DNA of 64,000 nt from Planctomycetota bacterium (GTDB taxonomy: Bacteria; Planctomycetota; GCA-002687715; CAIWVZ01). Of this stretch, positions 47,716 through 56,938 are shown in pieces. Position numbers and translations under genes: made by a program. The notes under the pieces were generated by a model. The model made no database searches, was not told where the DNA came from, and was given only the letters and a program-made list of their open reading frames with translations. Location: positions 243,022 to 307,021 of the forward strand of contig JBGANV010000007.1 of the NCBI GenBank assembly GCA_044222185.1, written 5' to 3'. Every line of letters starts with the position of its first letter. Within the stretch, counting starts at the first letter, position 1.

Positions 47716-50424
47716 TCAGCGGGTCTCGGCTTTCTCCGCCTCTTTTTTCTTGCCGTCGGCAACGGCGAAGTTCTGGCACCACAGGCCACCCGTGTTGCCG
47801 ACGCCGAAGATCCGCCATTCGGGGGACAGGAGGTTGCGGTGGTGGCCCGACGAGTGGCACCAGCCGCTGTGGGCGCCGCTGGGCCCGCCGGCCTGGGCGA
47901 TGTTCTCGCTCGCGCCCACGGGATCCATGCCCTCGCGCTTCATCCGCTCCCAGGGCGTCTTCTTGCCTTCGACGGGTGACTCGTGCGCGAAGAACCCCAG
48001 TCGGGACATGTCCTCGGTGTGGCCGCGGGCGGCGCGAACGAGCGGCGCGTACACCCGGAGCGCCCAGCGCCCGAGCATCACGCGGTAGTCGTTCGTGATC
48101 TTCGCCTCGTCCTGTTCGCCCTTCGACGACCCGCCCGGGTCCGAGACGTTGTCGGCCATGATCTTGGCGGATTGGTCGATGCGCGTCCGGTCGTCGATCG
48201 AAGTGGCGATCGTCTTGAGGGTCACCTCCTCCGTCGCCGGCAGCGAGGTGAGCCATTGGGGCCCGGGATCGACCGGCGCGACAGCCAGTTCGGCCAACCA
48301 CTTCGCCACCTCGTCCAGCTCGGCGATCTTCTGGCGGAACTGCGGCGGAATGTGAACGACGGTCTTGCTCTCCCAGGCCTTCTTGACCTCGGGGATCATG
48401 CCGTCGATCTCCTTCTGGGCCGCCGCATACGCCGCGAACTGCTCGGGCGTCGCCTCGGGCGGACGATAGGGATAGGGGTACTTCACCGGATCGTCGATGA
48501 TCTTCAGCACGGCGGCGCGTAGATCGTCGAGGCGGGCGCGCTCCGTCGCCAGCTCGACGAGCTTTGCGTAGATCGGGCTCTTCTTCTGGAGCTCCTCCAT
48601 CAGTGAAGCCCGGCGCAACAGGAGCGAGCGGTGAAGGGGCGCCTTGGCTGCGTCCCCGAGTTTCAACATCTCGTCGAACGCCGCGCGGCGCGTGGCGGCG
48701 TCGGGGGATTGCAGCGCTTTCGTCGATCGCTCGACGGTGGCCGCGGCCACATGGCGCGCCCATTCCTGCGGCGACAACCATTGATCGTCCACGCGGTGGA
48801 ATCCGTCCTTCGGAACGGTGAGCATCCCGCGTGCATCGGCCAGCGTCTGGTTGATCGACGACGTCATCTCGGGAGTGCCGGCGGATTCGGCCTTCGTCAG
48901 CAGGGCGTCGGCCTCGACGGCGCGATCCCGCCGATAGAGCGCAGCCGCCGCATCCACGAGCTCGGTCCCCTCCAGGTCGAGCATGGGCAGCAGCGCCACG
49001 AGCGTGTGCGCTGGGACGACTTTCCAACGCAGGGTCACCTGCCCCTGCTGACCCCCGAGCGTGAGGCCATCGGCCGTGGCGGCGATCAGCTTGCCGTGCT
49101 CGCCGGGCAGGTGCGGCAGGTCGCGGCCCATGGGAAATCCAGCGCCCGCGCGACGGACGACACCGGCTCGGAACCGACCTTCCGCCTCGGCGATGCGGAT
49201 CATGCGCGCGGCACCGAGCTCGATGCTCTTGACGCCGGCAACCTTGGCCGCCGCGGCGACCTTCTGGATGCCGGCGAGTCCCGTGGCGAGATCCGTCTGG
49301 TCCAGCGCCTGGGCCGCCTCGGTCAACGACTGCGCCAGTTCCCGGGCTGCGGCCGTGGCCTGGGGCGATTTCTCGGTCGGGTCCGGCTTCGTGCCGGGGT
49401 CGGACTTCGCGCCGGCGACGGCCGTCGACGGTTCAGGTGCCTGGGTCGGGTCCGGTTTCTTGGGCGCGGTCTTTCGCGACACCGCGGTGTACTCGACGGC
49501 CGGGTCGCTGCCCGGATCGCCCGGAAGGTGGTCCGCGCGGACGATGGCGTCCAGCGCCTCGCGCACCGTCCACCCTGCCGGGATCGTCTCGACCACGCCG
49601 CGCAGCCAGGTCTTGGCGGCGTCGGCGCCGTCGGTCCGCCGGATCTCCTTGAAGCGCGCGATGCTGTTGATCTGCGTCCCGTGCAGTCGGTCGGAGAGAC
49701 GCGCCACGGCGGCCGGGGGGCGTCCCTGCTTCTCGATCAGCGAGGCGGCGAGGATCCAATCTTCGCGCGTCAGTGCGGCATCGAGGGCGCGGGCAGCGTC
49801 GTCGACCGGCGCGGGCGTCGGCGTGGGCGTGGGCGCCGACGTGGGGGCATCCGTCGGCGTCTCGCTGACCAGGTGCTCGGGCGTTTCCCTCGTGATCGGG
49901 CGTTGGGTCTTCTGCCAGTAGAAGAATCCTCCCGCACCCAGCGCGACGAGGATGACTCCGAAGGCGAGCGAGCGGGCGCTGGACGACGAATGGGACCGGG
50001 AGCGGCTCTGCGCCGGCACGCGAGTGGATGCGCTCGATGGCTCGGCAGTCGCCGCCACGGCCTGGCGCGGGGTCGGCGCGCGCTGCGGGATCGGTCGGAC
50101 GGGAGACGCGGGCGCCGTCTCGACGTCACCCAGAAGCTCCAGCCGGCATTCGCCCAGCGTCACCACGTCGCCCGCGCGCAGCGAGCAGTGGTGGACGCGG
50201 TTGCCGTTGACGAACGTCCCGTTCGTGCTGCCGAGATCCCGCAGGACGACCTCGTCGTCGTCGATCCTCAGCTCGCAGTGGCGCTTGGAGATCTGCGTGT
50301 CGGCCAGGATGAGGTCGCACGTATCCCCGCGCCCGACGATCACGGGTTCGTCGGGAATGAAGAAGTCTGTCGTTCGTCCGGTGTCCTCGACGTGGATTCG
50401 TCGTGGGAGGCTCTGCGAACTCAT
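47716..50424 (-). CDS. FHA-TM-helical-CAP(SCP) domain protein
   Basis: IVGRG..ISKRH..DLGSTNGTFVNG; TM segment; C-terminal AARGHTEDM..FFAH..ENIA..WCHSSGHHRNLL. Confidence 0.85.
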   Translation of the reverse strand: MSSQSLPRRIHVEDTGRTTDFFIPDEPVIVGRGDTCDLILADTQISKRHCELRIDDDEVVLRDLGSTNGTFVNGNRVHHCSLRAGDVVTLGECRLELLGDVETAPASPVRPIPQRAPTPRQAVAATAEPSSASTRVPAQSRSRSHSSSSARSLAFGVILVALGAGGFFYWQKTQRPITRETPEHLVSETPTDAPTSAPTPTPTPAPVDDAARALDAALTREDWILAASLIEKQGRPPAAVARLSDRLHGTQINSIARFKEIRRTDGADAAKTWLRGVVETIPAGWTVREALDAIVRADHLPGDPGSDPAVEYTAVSRKTAPKKPDPTQAPEPSTAVAGAKSDPGTKPDPTEKSPQATAAARELAQSLTEAAQALDQTDLATGLAGIQKVAAAAKVAGVKSIELGAARMIRIAEAEGRFRAGVVRRAGAGFPMGRDLPHLPGEHGKLIAATADGLTLGGQQGQVTLRWKVVPAHTLVALLPMLDLEGTELVDAAAALYRRDRAVEADALLTKAESAGTPEMTSSINQTLADARGMLTVPKDGFHRVDDQWLSPQEWARHVAAATVERSTKALQSPDAATRRAAFDEMLKLGDAAKAPLHRSLLLRRASLMEELQKKSPIYAKLVELATERARLDDLRAAVLKIIDDPVKYPYPYRPPEATPEQFAAYAAAQKEIDGMIPEVKKAWESKTVVHIPPQFRQKIAELDEVAKWLAELAVAPVDPGPQWLTSLPATEEVTLKTIATSIDDRTRIDQSAKIMADNVSDPGGSSKGEQDEAKITNDYRVMLGRWALRVYAPLVRAARGHTEDMSRLGFFAHESPVEGKKTPWERMKREGMDPVGASENIAQAGGPSGAHSGWCHSSGHHRNLLSPEWRIFGVGNTGGLWCQNFAVADGKKKEAEKAETR

Positions 50425-50618
50425 GCTCGGGCGACTCCGATGACCGATCGCGGGGGCCGGGCGCTGTTCCGGAGCATGGCGGCCCTGCCTGCTCGCGTGC
50501 AGGCGTGGTGTGTTGGACGCGGCAGGATACCCGAACCCGCCGGCGTGGTCGAGAGGGGCAATGGGCTGAAACCGGCGCGATTGGCGGCGTTTGGCGGAGC
50601 CGCCGCGGACCTGGTCGC

Positions 50619-52718
50619 CTAGCTCCGCCGCCCGCGGTCGATGTAGGGCGCGAGCGCGAACTGCTTGATCTTCTGGTCGAGAGTCGGCCGCGAGATCCCG
50701 AGCTTCCGGGCGGCCGCCGACTTTCGCCAGTTGCACTGCTCGAGGGCCTGCAGCACCAGCTCCCGCTCCTTCTGCGAAGATGCGAGTTTCGCCAGCTCTT
50801 TCAGGCCTCCGGCGCTTCCGCCGGTATCGGGAACGGACGATCGGCCCGCGGTGATCTCGTCCGAGAGGTCATCGGCCGTGATCACGTCACCCGACAACGC
50901 CACGGCCCGCTGGATCTCGTTCTGCAGCTCGCGGATGTTGCCCGGCCAGTGGTGGTGCATCAGGCACCGCATGGCACCGGCGTCGATGGATTTCTGGGGC
51001 TGACCTGTCCGTTCGGCGGCGGCGGCGAGGAATGTGCTGACGAGCAGCGGAAGGTCCTCGATGCGCTCCCGCAGAGGCGGAAGGTGGATCGACACGACGT
51101 TCAGGCGGAAGAAGAGGTCTTCACGGAACTTGCCCTCGGCCGCCATGCGGCGGAGGTCGCGGTTCGTCGCCGAGATCAGGCGGACGTTCACGCGCTGGCT
51201 GGAACGGGCACCGACCGAGCGGATCTCTCCGTCTTGCAGGACCCGCATGAGCTTGGCCTGCATGTTGAACGACATCTCGCCGATCTCGTCCAGGAAGATC
51301 GTGCCGCCGTCGGCTTCCTCGAACAGGCCCTTCTTGTCGTTGTTCGCCCCCGTGAACGCCCCTTTGCGGTAGCCGAAGAGCTCGCTCTCCAGCAGGTTCT
51401 CGGGAATCGCAGCGCAGTTCTCGCGGACGAAGTGGTTCTTCGCGCGGAGGCTGTTCTCGTGGATCGCGCGCGCAATCAGCTCCTTGCCGGTGCCCGATTC
51501 GCCCGTGATCAGCACGGGGAGGTCCGATCCGATCACGCGATCGAGCATCTGGAGCACGGAGAGCATCGCCGGGCTCGTGCCGACGATGCGGTCGTAGTTG
51601 TACTTGAGGCCCGTTCGGGACTGCGGTTTGAAGTCCGCCGGCTCCGCGTCGCGGCTTTCTTCCAGGCGCGTCACGAGGTCCTTAGCAACCGCCTCCAACT
51701 CCTTCGTTCGGCTGGCGAGGTTGCTCGCGGCCTCGAACAGCCGGGCGTTCTCGATCGCGATCGCCGCCTGGTCGGCGAACGACGACAACAGGCTGCGCTC
51801 CCGTTCTCCGTACAGCCCGTTCTTGAAGCGGTTGTCGAGGTAGAGCGTGCCGATGACGTCACCGCGGAGACTGAGTGGCAGGCAGATGATCGAGCGGAGC
51901 TTCAGCGCAAGCACGGAGGCGTTCGCACGGAATCGTTCATCGTCGAGGGCGTCGACGGTCATGACCGGCTGGCCGGACTTCGCGACCTGCTCGGCGATGC
52001 CGTGGGAGATCTTCCCTTCCGCAGCCTTCACGGCTTCGTGATCGAAGTTGCGTGATGCGCGCACCTTCCACTCGCCGTTCTCCGAGCGCAGGAGGATGAA
52101 CCCGCGCTCCGAGTCCGTGAGCTCGACGGCCGCATCGAGGATCAGTGCGAGCAGCTTGGGCGTCTCGATCGTGGACGTCATGGCGCGCGTGATGTCCGCC
52201 AGCCGGTAGGCCTCGATCAGGCGCGCGAACGCGGGCTTGGAGAAGATCTTCGAGCTGAGCTCGTTGACCGCCGACTCGACCTCCAGGAGTCCTCGCTCGT
52301 CGCCGAACACGCGCCGGAAGTCGGCGAGCACCGCCTGGAGCCGTTCGCGTAGCGCGGCGGCGTTGATCGGATTCGCCTGCGTCGTGACGAGGACGATCTC
52401 GGCGCCCGCGTTCGCCTCTTCCGCGGGGTGAGGCGGCACCGCCTCGAACCAGATGGTCACCGGGCCCACGTCCAGGCGGTCGCCGAGATTCAGCCGGCAT
52501 TGGCTGGCGAACGATCCGTTGACGCGCGTCCCCGTGGCCGACTTCAGGTCGACGAGCTTGTGTCCGTTGGGAAGCGCCTCGATCCGGCAGTGCTGCGGAG
52601 AGACGGCCTGCGACGCGATTCGCAGGTCGCATGCTTCGTCGCGGCCGATGAGCACGTCCTCGGAATCGAACGTGAACGTCTGCCGCGCACCACCCTGTTC
52701 GACGATGAGAGTCAGCAT
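50619..52718 (-). CDS. FHA-GAF-sigma54 AAA+ enhancer-binding protein with Fis-type HTH
   Basis: FHA (LIGRD..SPQHC), GAF, GESGTGKE, ESELFG..KGAFTGA, FLDEIGE, WPGNIREL and AARKLGISRPTL. Confidence 0.95.
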   Translation of the reverse strand: MLTLIVEQGGARQTFTFDSEDVLIGRDEACDLRIASQAVSPQHCRIEALPNGHKLVDLKSATGTRVNGSFASQCRLNLGDRLDVGPVTIWFEAVPPHPAEEANAGAEIVLVTTQANPINAAALRERLQAVLADFRRVFGDERGLLEVESAVNELSSKIFSKPAFARLIEAYRLADITRAMTSTIETPKLLALILDAAVELTDSERGFILLRSENGEWKVRASRNFDHEAVKAAEGKISHGIAEQVAKSGQPVMTVDALDDERFRANASVLALKLRSIICLPLSLRGDVIGTLYLDNRFKNGLYGERERSLLSSFADQAAIAIENARLFEAASNLASRTKELEAVAKDLVTRLEESRDAEPADFKPQSRTGLKYNYDRIVGTSPAMLSVLQMLDRVIGSDLPVLITGESGTGKELIARAIHENSLRAKNHFVRENCAAIPENLLESELFGYRKGAFTGANNDKKGLFEEADGGTIFLDEIGEMSFNMQAKLMRVLQDGEIRSVGARSSQRVNVRLISATNRDLRRMAAEGKFREDLFFRLNVVSIHLPPLRERIEDLPLLVSTFLAAAAERTGQPQKSIDAGAMRCLMHHHWPGNIRELQNEIQRAVALSGDVITADDLSDEITAGRSSVPDTGGSAGGLKELAKLASSQKERELVLQALEQCNWRKSAAARKLGISRPTLDQKIKQFALAPYIDRGRRS

Positions 52719-52913
52719 CCGGGAGGCTGAGACGGTATCACTGCGAGGGCATGGGGACAGGCGCCGGGCCCGGGTGGTGCGTGGGGTTCCAGGCGGACCT
52801 GGCCGCCACGACGGGCCGGGCCGGTCGTCGACGCCGTGCCGTTGGGGCGCCCGGCGGCCGGGGCTCGCACGGCGTGCGAACCCCGAGGGCAGGGCGCGCC
52901 GCAATGCACCTGG

Positions 52914-53789
52914 TCAGGGAGCCGGATCGCTCCCCACCACCCATTCGGGGATTGGGCGCCCTCGGTCCCGGGCTTCCTTCAGCAGCCGCAGCATGATGCT
53001 GCGGAACAGCGCGATGTTGGAGTCCAGCCAGACGAGGTGGCGAAAAGCGCCGTCGTATTTCTCCTCGACTGCCCTTCGCGTCGCTTCCGGACTCTCGCCG
53101 TCGACTGCGCGCGTCACGACGGTCTGCACCATGTGATTCGCTGCCATGTGCATCTCGACGAGGCCCGCGTGGCGCACGAACGCCGAAACCTCCTGTGGGG
53201 TCGAGAACTGATTGCGGTGGAGCGGCCGAGCCTCCTTCGTCGCGTACATCGCTCGCTCGTATTCCCACCGAAGCCACCCGTTCGGGTCCGCGATGTTCCA
53301 GGTGTCGAAATAGAACAGGCCGTGCGGACGCAGAACTCGCCTGATCTCGCACAGGTAGGAGTAGAAGTCCTCCTTGTCCATGTGGAGGAACACGGCGTGG
53401 CAGTATCCCTTCGTGACCGTCGAGTCGGCGACCAGGCGCATGTCACTTCCGTCCGCGACGACGAATTCGGCGTTGGGGATGCGTTTCATTCGTTCCCTGG
53501 CGATCGCGAGCATGTGGTCGGACACGTCGACTCCGATCCACCGTCCGACGAGCGGAGCGACCTCGCGTCCGATGCGCGCGACGCCGCACCCCAGATCGAG
53601 CACCGTGTCCGTCTGGTCGAACCTCATCCCCAGGCTCAGCGCCGAGGCGAGGATCTCGCCGTGTCGCACGAGTTGCTCCTCCGACTGGCCTTCGTCCACC
53701 ATTCGATAGGCGTGGTCCGTCACGGCAGCGATCTCGTTCCAGAGAGCCTTGTAGGACGTGAAACCAACGCCGTTCGGGAGCTCCGTCAC
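52914..53789 (-). CDS. Class I SAM-dependent methyltransferase
   Basis: VLDLGCGVAR, GVDVS..ML, VFLHM and EIRRVLRP. GTG start with GGAGG RBS inferred. Confidence 0.85.
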   Translation of the reverse strand: MTELPNGVGFTSYKALWNEIAAVTDHAYRMVDEGQSEEQLVRHGEILASALSLGMRFDQTDTVLDLGCGVARIGREVAPLVGRWIGVDVSDHMLAIARERMKRIPNAEFVVADGSDMRLVADSTVTKGYCHAVFLHMDKEDFYSYLCEIRRVLRPHGLFYFDTWNIADPNGWLRWEYERAMYATKEARPLHRNQFSTPQEVSAFVRHAGLVEMHMAANHMVQTVVTRAVDGESPEATRRAVEEKYDGAFRHLVWLDSNIALFRSIMLRLLKEARDRGRPIPEWVVGSDPAP

Positions 53790-54184
53790 TCGTCGTCCTC
53801 CGCGCGCCGTCGTGACACGGGGACGGCGGCGAGCCTCATAGCACCGCGCAATGTGTGACACTCATGGCCGATGGTGCGACGGCGCGTGACGCGCGGTCTC
53901 GGCGAGCCATCCAGGCGAGACTCTCGGGATGTGACGCTCTCGAATCGAGCGCGATCGGGCGGTGATCGGTGATCGAGAGCGAGACGCCGAGCCAGCGTGT
54001 CGTCGCGACCCCTGCGCAAAACCGTACGCACACGATGCCAGACTCCTACGACCCACGGCTGCCGCCGCCAGGCGCCGCAGCAGCTACCCTCTTTCACGAA
54101 GGCTGCGCGAGGGAATTGGAACCGTCGGTCGCGTGGCCGCCATCGAACGCGTCAGTCGCGAATCCGACCAGATGGAGCACGATC

Positions 54185-54934
54185 ATGGCGACAGCAGCGC
54201 TGTTCAGCGGCTTCTCCGACTTCGCGTCGTCCGGGACGACGGCTCTGGCACCATCTGCGGTTGGCGACGCGGCGTCGGGCGGGTGTTCGGCTCCCATCGG
54301 GGTCTACCTCGTCGATGACCAGGCGATGATCCGCGCCGCGTTCCGGAGCTGGATCGAGCAGGCCGGTGGGATGAGCGTCGTCGGTGATTGCGGCACGGCG
54401 GTCGACGCGATCCGCGAGATCGGCCGGTTGCATCCGGACGTCGCGTTGCTCGACATCACCATGCCGGGGCTCTCGGGGATCGATGCCCTATCGTCGATCC
54501 GTGGCGCGTCTCCGAGCACGCGCGTGATCATCGTCTCCGACCACGAAGGAGAGAGCTTCGTTCACGCCGCCCTCGCGAACGGAGCGAACGGGTACCTCGC
54601 GAAGAGCGCCGAGCCGGACGAGTTGGCGACCGCCATCGCCGCCGTGATGAGAGGCGAGACGTTCATCTCGCCGGGTCTCGTGAAGGACGGCGTGGATGCC
54701 GCGCGGAACGGCGACTCGCGCGGCACTTGCGGACTCGATGGACTGACCCCGCGAGAGCTTGAGGTCTTCCTGCTCCTCGCCAAGGGCTGGAGCAACAAGC
54801 AGATCGCGCGCGAGCTGGGTGTCAGCCTCGGCACGGCCAAGAAGCACCGCGAGAACCTCCAGCGCAAACTCGACTGTCACTCGAGCGCCGAACTCGCGCG
54901 CCTGGCGATCCGCGAGGGGTTGTTGGCGGAGTGA
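54185..54934 (+). CDS. NarL/LuxR-family response regulator
   Basis: LVDDQ, LLDITMPGLSG, GYLAK and LTPRELEV..KQIA. The start is uncertain. Confidence 0.9.
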   Translation: MATAALFSGFSDFASSGTTALAPSAVGDAASGGCSAPIGVYLVDDQAMIRAAFRSWIEQAGGMSVVGDCGTAVDAIREIGRLHPDVALLDITMPGLSGIDALSSIRGASPSTRVIIVSDHEGESFVHAALANGANGYLAKSAEPDELATAIAAVMRGETFISPGLVKDGVDAARNGDSRGTCGLDGLTPRELEVFLLLAKGWSNKQIARELGVSLGTAKKHRENLQRKLDCHSSAELARLAIREGLLAE

Positions 54935-55083
54935 AGAAGCGCCGCGCCACGTCAGCGCCACGTTGCTGGGCGAACGTGCGCAGCCTTCGCCCTGCGGGCC
55001 GGGTTCGACCAAACGGTGGAAGGCACCACGCGCGTGAGGCCACACGCAACTCGGCGGCGAGCGACTGCGGCCGCAGCGCCGAC

Positions 55084-56664
55084 TCAGATGCTCGCCCAGA
55101 CGTATCCGTTTCCCACAGGGATGAAGAAGATGCTGGTGCAACCACCAGTCTGCGGCGCCTGACCGAAGCGATAGATCTCGTCGAAGCTGTTGCCCGGTAT
55201 GCCGGAGGCACCTGGGGCGAACGACGTGGGGCCTGCATTGAATGCACTGCCGCCAACACCAGGCGAGATTCCGGTCCACATGGAGTACGGCGCCAACCCC
55301 GTTTGAAGCGCCAATCCATTGAGATTGTTCAGCGTCACGAAACCGGTCGTCGTGTCGAAGACGATCGCGAAGGTGGAGGACGTGGTCGGCTGCCCGGAAT
55401 AGCTGACCCCGACGTAATTCACCGCGACGACTCCGGGCACGGTGAAATCCACGTTGATCGAGCCGCTGGGGATCGTGCTGAAATCCGCCCAGCATCCCAC
55501 GCTCGCGCGTTCGGTCGCCGCGGCCGTCGGGGAGGGGGTGTACGCGAAGTTCCCGCCTCCGAACATCACCCGGCCGTTCGTCATCACGACCATCGTCGTG
55601 TACACGACGTTGTAGAACGTGATCGAGCCAGGTCCGCATCCCGGCGGACCGCCGAGCGCAACCGTGCCGATGGCGTTGTCGCCGACGGGTCCGGGGACCG
55701 TCCCTCCCGTGCTCGTCGTGAGGCGTGTGGGCTGACTCAGCCAGACTCCGTCCGGCGATCCGGGCGAGACCACGGCCATCTGAATGCTCATCCCTGCAGG
55801 CGGCGGCGCGATGACCGGGATCGTCGCCGGGGCGAACGAAGTCTGGAACCCGCCGAACAGGAAGGCTGACGATGCAAGGTCGAGGTTCACGACCTGACCA
55901 CCGGGGAGCGCGACCCCGCCTCCGCTCGCGGCGACGAGCGGCTGCGACGAATACGCCATGTCCCACGCGTTGCCGGGTGCATTCGAATTGATTGAAACGC
56001 TGAAGGGCGCGCCGGTGCAGCGCGTGATCACCACGGGAGAGAGGGCCGTTCCGTTCAGCCCGTCGATCGAGCAAGAGGCGCCCGCGTGGTTGACCTGGTA
56101 TGGCGGCATGAACGTCCCGGCGAAAACTGCGGAGTAGTCCTCGGTGTTCCCATAGGTCGAGCCGGTGCATGCGAGAGAGCCCGCGGTGTAGATCGGCGGT
56201 CCGAAGAACAGGAGAAAACGAAGCCGCGTCGTCAGGCCCGGCATCACGCCCGACGGAACCTGCACGCTGCCTGTCAACACCTGCGAACCCGTCCCGCTGC
56301 CATTGGCTGTCGTCGTGAGGACGGTCAGGAGCTCTGACGCGAGGAACGTCCCGTCGGCATCCGCGTCGAGGTAGATGAAGATGTGGTCCGAGCTCCAGAA
56401 CGACCCAACCGTCACGGCGATGGGCATCGTCGCGCCCGGCACGAGGATGACCGGTGCGACGGTCGTCGTGAAGTTCTCGTACCCCGGCGGTGGGATGCAC
56501 GAAGACGTGTTGTTGATCGAACCGAAGGTGACGTTCTGGATGTACTCGTCACCGGCGGAGCAGCTGTAGCCCGACATGAAGGGCACGCAGTACGTCTGCG
56601 CATCGGCCACCGCCGCGAGGCTCAGCAACGCGAGGCACGTACCGGGCCAGACCCCTCGAGTCAT
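55084..56664 (-). CDS. Secreted GEVED-like domain protein
   Basis: AGGAG RBS, signal peptide, YC....EYIQNVTFGSINNTS, IYLD...DGTF, TRLR and YGNTEDY. Confidence 0.82.
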   Translation of the reverse strand: MTRGVWPGTCLALLSLAAVADAQTYCVPFMSGYSCSAGDEYIQNVTFGSINNTSSCIPPPGYENFTTTVAPVILVPGATMPIAVTVGSFWSSDHIFIYLDADADGTFLASELLTVLTTTANGSGTGSQVLTGSVQVPSGVMPGLTTRLRFLLFFGPPIYTAGSLACTGSTYGNTEDYSAVFAGTFMPPYQVNHAGASCSIDGLNGTALSPVVITRCTGAPFSVSINSNAPGNAWDMAYSSQPLVAASGGGVALPGGQVVNLDLASSAFLFGGFQTSFAPATIPVIAPPPAGMSIQMAVVSPGSPDGVWLSQPTRLTTSTGGTVPGPVGDNAIGTVALGGPPGCGPGSITFYNVVYTTMVVMTNGRVMFGGGNFAYTPSPTAAATERASVGCWADFSTIPSGSINVDFTVPGVVAVNYVGVSYSGQPTTSSTFAIVFDTTTGFVTLNNLNGLALQTGLAPYSMWTGISPGVGGSAFNAGPTSFAPGASGIPGNSFDEIYRFGQAPQTGGCTSIFFIPVGNGYVWASI

Positions 56665-56938
56665 CGGTCACTCCTGACTCGCGCGATGCTGCACGAGCGA
56701 CGACGAACAGTTCGGTTGCGACAGCCATCGTCGATTGGCGGTGCGCTGCCTGCATCCGAAGTGGCGGACGGCGGATTCTACACCCAGGCTCCGCCCGTGC
56801 CGCGCGTGGGGAGTGCCGTGCGACCCGGCCATGGGACCTGCACCGGGCGCCGCCTGAGAGTCCGCGGTGGGCGCGAACGAAGTCCGGGCCGCTGTGTTGA
56901 TTGCAACGGCCCGGCGACCACGGCGAACGGCCTCGTCG

